Below, one piece after another: positions 1-8,713 of a stretch of DNA of 45,771 nucleotides (position 1 is its first letter; the number at the start of each line of letters is the position of its first letter). A model generated the notes under the pieces. It ran no database searches. It was not told the origin of the DNA and was given only the letters and a program-made list of their open reading frames with translations. Both the position numbers and the translations under genes were made by a program. Origin of the DNA: a virus; the IMG/VR virus record IMGVR_UViG_3300006114_000017, positions 1 to 45,771 of that record, one strand, 5' to 3'.

Positions 1-1346
1 CCACCGGATCCTGGCAGGGCAGCATAAGCTACACCACTAACGGTGTTAAGGTTGCCTGAAATTAACGCGATAGAGCTCGTTTGACCAGTAACAATGCCTG
101 AAGTTGTGTTGTATTGTCCAGACAGTGTAACAAATTGTCCACTAAGAGTAGCAAGATTTGCAACTGTACCTGTTACTGTTGGATTAACGTTGATTATGGT
201 ATTGACTACACCACTAACAGCAGTGGTTCCTACAAGTGTTGCAGCTACTGCACCTGTACCAGTTGCCGTTACGTCCCCAGTAAGAGAAGTAATTCCTCCT
301 CCACCGCCACTAACCGTTGCTGGCACCCATTGTGTGTTGTTCCATACAAGAGATTGTCCGCTAGTAGCAGTTACACCACCAATGATGGGGCTGGTGATGT
401 TCAATGCACCACTGATCGTACCGCCAGAGCGTTGCAGAGCAGAGTAAGCAACTCCGCTTACAGTGTTGAGGCTACCCGAAGTAGTTGCGTAAGCTCCACT
501 AAGAGTTACGAACTGACCACTTAATGTTGACAGGTTGCTATTTGTTGTGTTGAGGTTCCCTGAGGTTACAGCATAGGCGCCTGACAATGCAACAAATTGA
601 CCTGACAGGGTGTTAAGACTGCCACTAATGCTCGCAATCGATCCAGTGTGACCGGTTACAATTCCGCTGGTTGTTACATACTGGCCACTGAGGGTAGCCA
701 AGCTGCCTGACAAACTGGCGATATTAGCTTCATCAGTGACTTGCTTACCTGAAATTGTAGCAATATAACCAGATTGAGTAGTAACAACGCCAGACGTAGT
801 GGCATATTGACCCGACAACGTTGCGAGTGAGCCACTCAAGGCAGCAACGTTTGCAGTAGTAGTGGTTACGATGCCGCTAGTTACCACATATTGACCTGAG
901 AGAGTCGTAATCTCATTTGTAAGGGTGATTGCTGACGTATTGAACTGGAGGTCATCTACGGCTGTTCTAACGGGGAATACGTTGAACCCTGACGTAGTAC
1001 CGATGGCATGGGCAACAGAAGATGTTCCATCCCAGCCACGTCCATTATTTGTACCGTCAGTCCATACGGTGATTAATGCATTCGTGCCAATGCTGATGGC
1101 TCCTGAAGCACAAAGAATCTTTTCTTCTGTGCCAAGGCCATAGTCAACTACAAGGGTAAATACACCACTAGTTCCAAGAGGGTTAGTAGTGGCAGTTCCG
1201 CTCGAGCTTACTTCATACCATCCTGCTGTATTTGCCAGTTGCAAAGTTTGACCAGCAGAGTACCCACTTGCCAAAACTGCGGAAAGGTACGTAGGTGTGG
1301 CAGCACCTGCAAGAGATCTAGGAGTTGTGTAATTGGGGTAAGCCAT
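1..1346 (-). CDS. Tail-fibre-like structural protein, partial. The N-terminus is in the window (ATG at 1346..1344) and the gene continues beyond base 1. It carries tandem ~14-aa repeats of the form ..LSGQY(V/A)TTSG(I/V)VT.. / ..SLNTVSGVAYSALQ..
   Basis: Minus-strand frame with codon phase ending at 1346 is open at every position I checked (for example 3-59 and 423-479). Back-translation gives ...SGSLNTVSGVAYSALQRSG... Candidate SD 'AGGAA' lies 8 nt upstream of the ATG. The plus-strand ORFs here (94..447, 114..524) are PPPP/low-complexity shadows. Confidence 0.5.
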   Translation of the reverse strand, partial: MAYPNYTTPRSLAGAATPTYLSAVLASGYSAGQTLQLANTAGWYEVSSSGTATTNPLGTSGVFTLVVDYGLGTEEKILCASGAISIGTNALITVWTDGTNNGRGWDGTSSVAHAIGTTSGFNVFPVRTAVDDLQFNTSAITLTNEITTLSGQYVVTSGIVTTTTANVAALSGSLATLSGQYATTSGVVTTQSGYIATISGKQVTDEANIASLSGSLATLSGQYVTTSGIVTGHTGSIASISGSLNTLSGQFVALSGAYAVTSGNLNTTNSNLSTLSGQFVTLSGAYATTSGSLNTVSGVAYSALQRSGGTISGALNITSPIIGGVTATSGQSLVWNNTQWVPATVSGGGGGITSLTGDVTATGTGAVAATLVGTTAVSGVVNTIINVNPTVTGTVANLATLSGQFVTLSGQYNTTSGIVTGQTSSIALISGNLNTVSGVAYAALPGSG

Positions 1347-1356
1347 CAGTTAATTC

Positions 1357-1962
1357 CTAAGAAAATTGTACGCTAACGTTGAGTTGCAGGCTATCCCCTG
1401 GGTTTAAGTTAATTGCTGAGAAACTACTCTTCAAGAACATATATCCAGCTGGTCCTACAACCGGAGTGAGCGAGGGAATAATACTCGTCACCTTACTAGA
1501 GCCATTTGTAGCTCTAATTACATTGAAGACATTGGTTCCATTGCCAGAAGTTACAGTCATCACTTCGGTAAGCACCTGTACATTGAACGGAAAGGTACCT
1601 GGAAAGCCGCTGTAGCCGCTCACAGTGATGGTGGTATCCGTAGGTCCAACCTGATTTGCAAGCGACCCTACAGCTGAACTAGACTGACTGGTAAAAAGGC
1701 CTACCTCGGTGATCGAATCAATACCACTAGCAGTAAAAGTACCGTTACAAAGGTAAGTATCTCCTGACGTAACAGTAGTTACAATGCTTACTGTTCCAGA
1801 GATAGGAGTTCCCAAAGGGTTACCAAGAGCAATGTCGGTAGGCAAGGCAGTACTAATACCAGTTCCAAGGTAGAGGTATTTTGGCTCACTCAAGGAATAA
1901 CCGACCCCTGTAATGGCATTCACAAAGTTGCTTCTTGTGTTAGAGGTCAGTACCGTGTTCAT
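1357..1962 (-). CDS. Hypothetical virion structural protein (201 aa, Thr/Ser/Gly-rich)
   Basis: ORF track. ATG confirmed at 1960-1962. Lies in the structural gene block next to the fibre gene. Confidence 0.45.
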   Translation of the reverse strand: MNTVLTSNTRSNFVNAITGVGYSLSEPKYLYLGTGISTALPTDIALGNPLGTPISGTVSIVTTVTSGDTYLCNGTFTASGIDSITEVGLFTSQSSSAVGSLANQVGPTDTTITVSGYSGFPGTFPFNVQVLTEVMTVTSGNGTNVFNVIRATNGSSKVTSIIPSLTPVVGPAGYMFLKSSFSAINLNPGDSLQLNVSVQFS

Positions 1963-2067
1963 TATCTTCCTTTAAAGCAGTAGAACCAATGGCGCCGAGA
2001 TCTTCCCGGTCACCATTGGCTCTAATAATTACTGCTTCTACCTTTAAACTAAAAGGTAAGTGTTCCA

Positions 2068-2796
2068 TTAGCTCTGCTGACGGTACGTTCTCTTCTGACC
2101 AGTCTGGTACAGGTTTCCGCTGTAGCTAGCAAAGTAACCAGCGTATTGTTGCGTCTCAGAAACGTTTGTCTGGATCTGACGAACCTGTTGTTGAAGGGCA
2201 GGTACACCGCTCGAGCTGGCATTCGTGGTACCAGCCTGAAGCTGCGTAGCGTTAGCAATATTACCGTTGAAACCAACGAATGGAGTGTGAACAGTAGCGT
2301 CATCAATCCAGTTAGGTGTAGCGTTAGGAGCGCCTACGTAGCTTGGGTAAGCCTGACCCTCAGTACCGGAAGGTACAAAGGCAGTCAGCGTAGGAGCAGT
2401 ACCAGTCAGATTAGATACGGTCAGGTTTACACCACTAGGAACGATGATGGTTGTAGTCGTGTCGTACAGGTAGTTAGCGCCACCAGCATTGACATAGAAC
2501 GTGTAACCAGCAAGAGGACCAGCAGCAAGAGCTGCAACCAGACCACTAACTTGCGTACCAGTCGAGGTACCAGTCAGAGTTGAGGTTACAACACCAGTAC
2601 CGAAACCACTAATGGTGAATGTACCAGCAGCTGCAGGGACTGAAAGCTCCAGGATACCGCTAGCCGTGTAGGCAGCGTTAACCATAATGGCTGGGTCAAC
2701 AGCCTCGAAGTAGGCATTAGCACCACCGCGTGTTACACCACGCAGTGCGGCCTTTGTAGCCTGCTCGTTTGGAACGTTAGGAATTGGCTGTGCCAT
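2068..2796 (-). CDS. Hypothetical structural protein (242 aa, Thr/Gly/Ala-rich beta-type composition)
   Basis: ORF track. ATG confirmed at 2794-2796. Co-directional and tightly packed with neighbours. Confidence 0.45.
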   Translation of the reverse strand: MAQPIPNVPNEQATKAALRGVTRGGANAYFEAVDPAIMVNAAYTASGILELSVPAAAGTFTISGFGTGVVTSTLTGTSTGTQVSGLVAALAAGPLAGYTFYVNAGGANYLYDTTTTIIVPSGVNLTVSNLTGTAPTLTAFVPSGTEGQAYPSYVGAPNATPNWIDDATVHTPFVGFNGNIANATQLQAGTTNASSSGVPALQQQVRQIQTNVSETQQYAGYFASYSGNLYQTGQKRTYRQQS

Positions 2797-2797
2797 A

Positions 2798-3067
2798 TTA
2801 GAATCCTCTCACGGTTGTGTTGTATTGGTCGTTCTGGAATACCAGGCCAGTGTTGTTTTGACCCTGCCAGCCGTTACCACTCAAGGTAGGCTGTGCATAG
2901 CCACCACTAACGGTACCGGAGAATGTCTGGGGTGCCCAGACGTTGAACCATGGCTCGTTGTAGATTGTTGTGCCGCTCAGAACCGTACCACTGGGGATAA
3001 TTGCACCCAATGGCTCGGCAGCAGCCTCAACAACAGGCTTCACTGTGTTCTTGATCTCGTCGCTCAT
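2798..3067 (-). CDS. Small hypothetical structural protein (89 aa)
   Basis: ORF track. ATG at 3065-3067. There is a 1-nt gap to the downstream gene. Confidence 0.4.
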   Translation of the reverse strand: MSDEIKNTVKPVVEAAAEPLGAIIPSGTVLSGTTIYNEPWFNVWAPQTFSGTVSGGYAQPTLSGNGWQGQNNTGLVFQNDQYNTTVRGF

Positions 3068-3110
3068 TTAAGCTCCTTCTAGAAGGTGGAGCTTTGCAGT
3101 CCACCGGTTG

Positions 3111-3677
3111 TTATACGTTCTTTGGTTTTGCGGTGCTAGTGCTGTTGTTCCAGATCTGCTCCCATGACTGCGAAGGACCCTTAGGCTCAGCTTCATCAGG
3201 AAGAGGAATCTTGTACAGACCTGTGTTTTCACTAGCTCCGGCAGCGAGGCTTTCACGGAGGTGATCCATGTGACTCTCGCTTGTACTGCTTTCGTCCTTA
3301 AGTTCAGCGATCTTTTCCATAGCCTCTTCAGAGGTAATGAACGCAATACGACCACGCTGTACAGCTCTCAGCAAGTAAGGATCCTTGCGGATTTCCTCTG
3401 CGATAGGCTGAATGCTATTGTGAAAGCCAGTTCCGGCTAGCTTAAAGCTACCCTTGTCACTGGCAAACACGGTAGAACCAGACATAAGGTTCTCGATCCA
3501 GTCTGCAGTCTTAATGTCTTGCATATCCTTAAACGAAGCTGGTGCACGCTTTTGAAGTGCTGCTGCTCTGTCTGCGGGGTCTGCCTTGTGCTCTTCAAAG
3601 TGACCACCCAAGTCCACTACTGGGACTGGGGTACTCTCTGCTCCGACATCACTTGACTTTGATACAGTTCTTGCCAT
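3111..3677 (-). CDS. Hypothetical protein (188 aa), immediately downstream of the capsid gene
   Basis: ORF track. ATG at 3675-3677. Confidence 0.45.
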   Translation of the reverse strand: MARTVSKSSDVGAESTPVPVVDLGGHFEEHKADPADRAAALQKRAPASFKDMQDIKTADWIENLMSGSTVFASDKGSFKLAGTGFHNSIQPIAEEIRKDPYLLRAVQRGRIAFITSEEAMEKIAELKDESSTSESHMDHLRESLAAGASENTGLYKIPLPDEAEPKGPSQSWEQIWNNSTSTAKPKNV

Positions 3678-3771
3678 TTTAATGCTCCTATTTTCAAGGG
3701 ACTCTCGTCCTCAATAGATACGAAATTTTCATACCTAGTTGTTACTTCAAGGGTATTTCTTTGTACGATGA

Positions 3772-3806
3772 CCGGGGAGCGATCTCGGAGGATCCGACCT
3801 CCCCGG
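3772..3806 (-). other. GC-rich stem-loop in the 3' flank of the capsid gene. Stem is CCGGGGAG/CTCCCCGG, 8 bp, ~19-nt loop.
   Basis: Inverted repeat read directly from the sequence about 20-55 nt past the MCP stop codon. There is no U-run on either strand, so it is not a canonical intrinsic terminator. Confidence 0.25.
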
Positions 3807-3826
3807 CCGTAGTACGGTTGTTAAGA

Positions 3827-4837
3827 CTAAGCCTTAACGATCTTGCCCAGACCACGGGGGTTGAGAACGATCTCGGAAACGAGCTCGTCCATGACCCAAC
3901 CCTTGTGGAACTTCTCAGGCGTGTGGTTCTCTTCGACGTCGAGCGAGTACATGACGGGGAAGACACCGAGGAACTCGGGGCTTGGGGTCATGTAGACAGT
4001 ACCCTGAGGTACTTCGATCGAACGCTGAACTTGGAAACCACCGAATTGAACGATGCGCTCACCAGCAACAACACGGTCCTTGAAGGCCCAACCGGTCTGG
4101 TTGATGTCCCACTTGTAAAGGTCACGGTAGTCGAGTGGGTTGAACAACAGTCTCGAAGCTTCCAACTGGTGGACTTCGATGAGTGCAACGAGGTCGTACA
4201 GCGAGTCAGGGGTGATGTAACCCGAGAGCTCGTTAACGATGTGGTTGGGCGAAACTACGTGGTTGGGGTCAACGGCGTAGTTGTTGATGGCAGCTTCGAG
4301 GACCGTGATCAAACGGGCGTCTTCCTGCATCATGATTGCCTGCTTGGACATGTCCTGGGCGTACTCCACGATGTTTACGCGGAGGTACCACAAGTCTTCC
4401 TTCTTGATCTGAGGGAAGGTAGCGATACGGAACAAACGGACTGGAACCTTCTTACCTTCGAAGGGTGTCACACGGACTTCACCTTCGTTACCGGAAAGAA
4501 TGTAAGCCTGGCCGTACTCGTCGAGGACGTCGTACATGACAGGTACACCAGGGGTAAGCGGGTCTTCCAGGAGGACGTTACGGGTCATACCTTGGTAACG
4601 GAGCTTCAGCTGGATGGGACCGATCATACCCTGGCCCAAACGGACCATGTAGTTGTCCTTGTCGGCCAGAACACCGGCGAGGCGACGCTGCTTCTCTTCA
4701 CGAGTAGCAGTTACGCGGCCAGTTGCAGTCTTAAGACGGTCCTGAGCCTCAATGATACCGGCGACGTAGTCGTCCGACTTCTTGGCTGTGCGGGGAGCGA
4801 GGTGCTCAGCGACAGCGCCATTGGGAGTGATTGACAT
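3827..4837 (-). CDS. Putative major capsid protein (336 aa, HK97-fold candidate)
   Basis: Sits just downstream of the scaffold-like gene in the portal ... scaffold ... capsid order. The gene is markedly GC-rich with strongly biased 'highly expressed' codon choice (GGT, CGT, AAG, GAG, TAC), unlike its neighbours. SD 'AAGGAAA' precedes the ATG at 4835-4837. The fold assignment is inference, not demonstrated homology. Confidence 0.5.
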   Translation of the reverse strand: MSITPNGAVAEHLAPRTAKKSDDYVAGIIEAQDRLKTATGRVTATREEKQRRLAGVLADKDNYMVRLGQGMIGPIQLKLRYQGMTRNVLLEDPLTPGVPVMYDVLDEYGQAYILSGNEGEVRVTPFEGKKVPVRLFRIATFPQIKKEDLWYLRVNIVEYAQDMSKQAIMMQEDARLITVLEAAINNYAVDPNHVVSPNHIVNELSGYITPDSLYDLVALIEVHQLEASRLLFNPLDYRDLYKWDINQTGWAFKDRVVAGERIVQFGGFQVQRSIEVPQGTVYMTPSPEFLGVFPVMYSLDVEENHTPEKFHKGWVMDELVSEIVLNPRGLGKIVKA

Positions 4838-4861
4838 TTTCTATATTTCCTTTCAAATACC

Positions 4862-5389
4862 TTAGGCAGTTGCGCCGAATGGAACGAGACGGACAACAAT
4901 TTGCGTGGGGCTGATGACATCGATCAACTCAGCGACAGGAATGGCGTTCAAGGCACCAACAGTGGCACTTGTACCCGAAGACGAAGTCAGCTGACCAGTA
5001 CCTGAAGCGGTGTACAGCAAGGTACGAGTACCGTTCGTAGGAACGTTGTAAGCTACCGTCGTGTCGAAAGCAGGGGCGGTGATGGTGAAGAAGGCGTTAG
5101 AGCCACCCAACCATACTGACCATGCGTTGACGCCAACCTGAGTTACGTCGTCAATGTTAGGGTTACGGTCAAGAGCAGAAAGACCAAATGGCTTTGCACC
5201 TGAAGCAGTAGCCGTAGCAGCATTGGCAACGGTGTCGGGACCTGTACGGTACATGACCATACCTGAGTAGATGTTCGTGGTGTCCGTGGGATCCAGGAAC
5301 GTGTTGTAAGGTGTAGCCTCGTACTTTTCGTACAGTGGGGTGCACGTACGGTGAACCCCAACGTTAGCTACGCTATTAAGTTGCAGCAT
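4862..5389 (-). CDS. Hypothetical capsid-associated protein (175 aa). Decoration protein is one possibility.
   Basis: ORF track. ATG at 5387-5389. Located between the scaffold-like and capsid genes. Confidence 0.4.
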   Translation of the reverse strand: MLQLNSVANVGVHRTCTPLYEKYEATPYNTFLDPTDTTNIYSGMVMYRTGPDTVANAATATASGAKPFGLSALDRNPNIDDVTQVGVNAWSVWLGGSNAFFTITAPAFDTTVAYNVPTNGTRTLLYTASGTGQLTSSSGTSATVGALNAIPVAELIDVISPTQIVVRLVPFGATA

Positions 5390-5421
5390 ATTTTCTTTCT
5401 CCTGTTAGTAGGGGATTTGGG

Positions 5422-6882
5422 TTAAAGTGTCATCAGCCAATCGTCAGACATAACGTCCTGACGAGTAACTGTTGAGGCCGTTGTCAACCGACCCATTTCT
5501 GGCAAACGATTACTTCCGCTTGCCACTTTCTGGCTCCGGGGTTGACGAGCCCCAGACTCTTCAAACATGTCGATGGAAGCTACAAAACCTGCCAGCTTAA
5601 CATCAGACATTTGTTCAAACTTTGCGATGTGCTTAGCACGATCTTCGTGTTGGATCATGCTCATCTTTTCGAGACGATCTACAACTTGGATAGCAGCGAA
5701 GATCTTTTCACGGCTAGCCTGTACAGCGGCAACAGTGCCTGCGTAAGGAGCCAGGGCAGGGTTGGTGCCATCTTCGAAGTCGATTCTGCCGTGGCTAGGG
5801 CCGTGCAGTTGGTCATCAAGGATTCCTGTCTCGGTACCATCGTTGTAGAATGGTACGTAACCAGCGTCTTCACCGTTTACTTCCTCAGGAACGAGTGCGT
5901 TGGTCTGGTGGTCAGGCTGCATTACGCGCTGACGGTCCCAAACACCAGCCTGGTCATCAAGGTCACGGACATCAACAACCTGGAGGCTCTCCTGGTTACC
6001 GTTAGAAGCCTCCTTAGGCTCCTTCTTGCCATCGCAGTTCTTGGTCTTGCAACCAGGGCCACTGCACCACTCGGTGCGAGCAGACTTCTTCTTCTTCAAG
6101 AAAGCAGGCTTGTCGTCGTCGTCTTCGTCATCATCGTCTTCGCAGTCTTCGCAGCCCTTACCCTTGCAGTTCTTGCAGGATGACTTCTTGCTCTTAGACT
6201 TAGTCTTCTTCTTAGCGGCAGTCTTCTTGTCGTCTGCATCGTCATCATCGTCGGCACCGCCATCCGAGTCGCTGTCGTCGTCTGTGGCAGCAGTCTTGAT
6301 CTCTTCCAAGAGGCCCTCAAGAGCCTTCAGGTCGACAGAAGCTTGACGGTAGTCACCGGTAACAACAAGGTCGTTCTCGATGTCAGTTACGATGCTTGCA
6401 ACGGTACCAACAACCTGGTTGAGGTCATCGTTAGTGCTAGCAAAGCGCAGAACGGTTGCAGCGTCATTCGAAGCAGTGATAAGGTTATTGAAGTCGAAGT
6501 CAACTTCGTCACGGATAGCATCGCGTACTTCACGGCTAGCCTTGTAAACCTGGTACAGACTCTCGTCAATAGGGTTAATGCTTGCGTACATTGGGCCACC
6601 TTCAGAGTAAACGGCACTCGAGCCAGGACCACCGATGATTTCGCTTCCATCGTCAACGCCAGTGAAGTCACGGACATCAAGTTGACGTGTCATTGGCTGG
6701 TTAGCAATCCAGTCAGCTACTTCTTCAGTAGGAGCAGGAGCTTGCTCAGGCCAACCGCCTGAACCAAGACTGTCGACCTGGTCGTATGGTTGCACTCTTG
6801 GAGTGGTAGTCGTTCCCGACATGCCTCTTTGTTGGAAAGCATTTTCTGCTTGCTTAATCATCTCGTCATCAAAACGGCTCAT
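5422..6882 (-). CDS. Putative scaffolding-like protein (486 aa). It has a central poly-Asp/Glu tract followed by a poly-Lys tract containing CxxC knuckles.
   Basis: SD 'GAGGAG' lies 6 nt upstream of the ATG at 6880-6882. The protein has a helical charged composition and sits directly upstream of the capsid region. Low-complexity segments read ...DDDSDSDGGADDDDDADDKKTAAKKKTKSKSKKSSCKNCKGKGCEDCEDDDDEDDDD...CSGPGCKTKNC. Confidence 0.35.
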   Translation of the reverse strand: MSRFDDEMIKQAENAFQQRGMSGTTTTPRVQPYDQVDSLGSGGWPEQAPAPTEEVADWIANQPMTRQLDVRDFTGVDDGSEIIGGPGSSAVYSEGGPMYASINPIDESLYQVYKASREVRDAIRDEVDFDFNNLITASNDAATVLRFASTNDDLNQVVGTVASIVTDIENDLVVTGDYRQASVDLKALEGLLEEIKTAATDDDSDSDGGADDDDDADDKKTAAKKKTKSKSKKSSCKNCKGKGCEDCEDDDDEDDDDKPAFLKKKKSARTEWCSGPGCKTKNCDGKKEPKEASNGNQESLQVVDVRDLDDQAGVWDRQRVMQPDHQTNALVPEEVNGEDAGYVPFYNDGTETGILDDQLHGPSHGRIDFEDGTNPALAPYAGTVAAVQASREKIFAAIQVVDRLEKMSMIQHEDRAKHIAKFEQMSDVKLAGFVASIDMFEESGARQPRSQKVASGSNRLPEMGRLTTASTVTRQDVMSDDWLMTL

Positions 6883-7592
6883 GATTGCTCCTCGCTAGTT
6901 TCTTCGTTTTTATTTTGTGCATCAATCTCTGCGGTGCCCTTGAGCAGGTCCCACATTCTTGTGGTACCATCCATGGCTGCATTCATTGAGTCATCTTGAA
7001 GAGCTCCAGGATTCATACCCTTTGCACTCTTCTTTTTAAGCTTCTTCTTATTCTTTTCGATCTTTTGTGATGCTGGACTTAGGAAATTACGCTTGATGTT
7101 TTTTCCTACCTCAGGATCTATACCCAGGAACTTGGGTCTTTTAAATCCTAAAGCTCCAGCAATTTCGTGTCCGCAGGCAGGATTTTCACAAGAACCTGAC
7201 AAATCGCCCTTTTTCATCGAGTCATTAACGAATGTACGCTGCTTACAACGAGGACATTCAGCCTTACCACTTGATGTACCGCTAAGGTCGAGACCTTCAA
7301 AGTCTGGTGAAACAATGTCTACAAAAGACAAGCTTCTGTAGGCAGCTTTAGCATTAGGGTTCTGCTCTGCAAGACTCTGCTGCTGCTTTACAACCTGTTG
7401 GATGCCCATCGCATCTTGCCATTCTTGAATAGCTTCTTGTACCCGAGGGTCAATATAGCTACAGTCTGGACAAATGCCATCTCTGTAACCATTACCTTGA
7501 CACTGCGGGCAATCACCAAGAGGTGAAATGGATACCCTGATTACTTCCAGTGCATACTTCTTAATATCGCTAGATACCTTGAGGACAGGCAT
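6879..7592 (-). CDS. Zinc-ribbon protein (CPQCQ...CPDC and CPRC...C..C motifs) with a Lys-rich C-terminal half
   Basis: The ORF-track start at 7622 is a TTG that overlaps the upstream gene. The in-frame ATG at 7592 lies immediately after the upstream stop, so I adjusted the start. Cys motifs are read from the translation. Confidence 0.4.
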   Translation of the reverse strand: MPVLKVSSDIKKYALEVIRVSISPLGDCPQCQGNGYRDGICPDCSYIDPRVQEAIQEWQDAMGIQQVVKQQQSLAEQNPNAKAAYRSLSFVDIVSPDFEGLDLSGTSSGKAECPRCKQRTFVNDSMKKGDLSGSCENPACGHEIAGALGFKRPKFLGIDPEVGKNIKRNFLSPASQKIEKNKKKLKKKSAKGMNPGALQDDSMNAAMDGTTRMWDLLKGTAEIDAQNKNEETSEEQS

Positions 7593-7594
7593 TG

Positions 7595-8254
7595 TTAGTA
7601 ACGCTTCTTTTGCAACAACCAAGCTGATTCGTCTGCTGGCTCAAATACAAAGCTCAGCTCGAAGAAGTTAGGTCTGATGCAACTTTCGAATACAAGGCTC
7701 TCAATACGCTTGCCAGCCTTGTAAACAGTAACGGTGCGTCCCTTAAGACGAGGAATGTGTGTGCAGTACTCAGCAGGCTTGCTGGCAACCTTGCCGCAGG
7801 CACTGCATTGTGTGCAATCGACGTCAGCACCCATGCTGACAGCGTTCAAGCTACCTTCCATAATGGAGTTGGCTAGCTTAGGAAAACTTTGTGCATCTAC
7901 TTCCATCAGGCAGTAAACACTTCCGTCTGTTGCACCGGAGGCGAGCTTGCTCTCACGGTAAACAGCATCGAGAATAACCCCACGAGCACGATCAGGATCT
8001 GAGTTGTTGTGCTCAACGTAGATAGGCCGACCAACAAAAGTCTTGTAGCTTTGCTTGATTTGGTCTACAGGCCAACCATCATAATTAGCGTTTACTCTGG
8101 AGGAAATGGCTCTAGAAACAGCGTAAACATAACCAGGTTCTGGCTTAAAGTTAAAATCGTCAAAGGTTACATTGTGCAGCTCAATTGGCTGACCGACGCC
8201 AGCAAGAGTCTCTCTACCTTGTAGAGCAATTGAGGGAGCACCAAATTTTATCAT
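7595..8254 (-). CDS. Hypothetical head-module protein with a CxxCxxC...CxH motif. Its position suggests a prohead protease, but this is unproven.
   Basis: ORF-track start at 8302 is a TTG. An in-frame ATG (MIKFG...) with a GAAAAGG SD-like sequence is more plausible. It sits between the portal and the scaffold, the usual protease slot. No protease motif was confirmed. Confidence 0.25.
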   Translation of the reverse strand: MIKFGAPSIALQGRETLAGVGQPIELHNVTFDDFNFKPEPGYVYAVSRAISSRVNANYDGWPVDQIKQSYKTFVGRPIYVEHNNSDPDRARGVILDAVYRESKLASGATDGSVYCLMEVDAQSFPKLANSIMEGSLNAVSMGADVDCTQCSACGKVASKPAEYCTHIPRLKGRTVTVYKAGKRIESLVFESCIRPNFFELSFVFEPADESAWLLQKKRY

Positions 8255-8317
8255 CTTCAGAACCTTTTCTGTATTAACATATATTTTACATCGTTGTAAC
8301 AATTAAAACTATGTTAA

Positions 8318-8713
8318 TTAGTGATGTAAGTTAATTTCGTCTTCGAGAGCATCAACGAGATTGTGTACTTCTTTGCTTTGTTCTTGCTCGAGTTCAAGGA
8401 TCTCATTGATCTTTACAAGCAATTCTTGGATGGTTGTAAGGCTTTCACGCAATACTTTAGCATCTGCTCGAGTCTGCTCAAACATACTGATACCAACAAC
8501 AGACTCAATGAACAGTGCCATGTAGGAAGCCCATACATTCCACCAGCCAATAACGTTGATGTCAATTGTTCCCCAAGCAGCGCAGAACAAAGTAATAAAC
8601 GTAATTGTCCCAATGAAATACCAATTACGAATAGAAAACTGAATCTTCCAAGAAATATGCTTGCCAAGACCGATGGGGTCGCCCGTAATAGGGTGTCTAA
8701 ATCTCCTGGCCAT
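8318..8713 (-). CDS. Small membrane protein: 2 predicted TM helices plus an acidic C-terminal coiled coil (131 aa)
   Basis: ATG at 8711-8713. Hydrophobic stretches FIGTITFITLFCAAWGTI and VIGWWNVWASYMALFIESVVGI are followed by a heptad-like charged tail. Confidence 0.45.
   Translation of the reverse strand: MARRFRHPITGDPIGLGKHISWKIQFSIRNWYFIGTITFITLFCAAWGTIDINVIGWWNVWASYMALFIESVVGISMFEQTRADAKVLRESLTTIQELLVKINEILELEQEQSKEVHNLVDALEDEINLHH

Noticed and set aside
94-1143. Plus-strand ORFs 94..447, 114..524 and 925..1143 (translations with PPPPP runs and low complexity)
   Set aside because: They lie antisense to a continuous minus-strand frame that encodes the repeat-rich fibre protein. Their composition (poly-Pro, Cys/Ser-rich) is typical of shadow ORFs in a GC-biased coding region. 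They have no SD sequences.
3761-4834. 357-aa plus-strand ORF antisense to the capsid gene
   Set aside because: It is an exact mirror of the strongly codon-biased capsid ORF. High GC3 creates long antisense open frames. There is no SD, and it would be the only plus-strand gene inside 44 kb of minus-strand operons.
6100-6300. Short tandem nucleotide repeats (gtcgtc / ttcttc) that could be mistaken for a CRISPR-like or VNTR array
   Set aside because: They are codon-level repeats encoding poly-Asp/poly-Lys inside an intact ORF. There is no spacer/repeat architecture and there are no cas genes.
5542-6346. Plus-strand ORFs 5542..6183 and 6026..6346 (poly-Ser/poly-Leu translations)
   Set aside because: They are antisense to the acidic/basic low-complexity tract of the scaffold-like gene. 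GAC/GAT/AAG repeats read backwards give Ser/Leu runs. They are artefacts.
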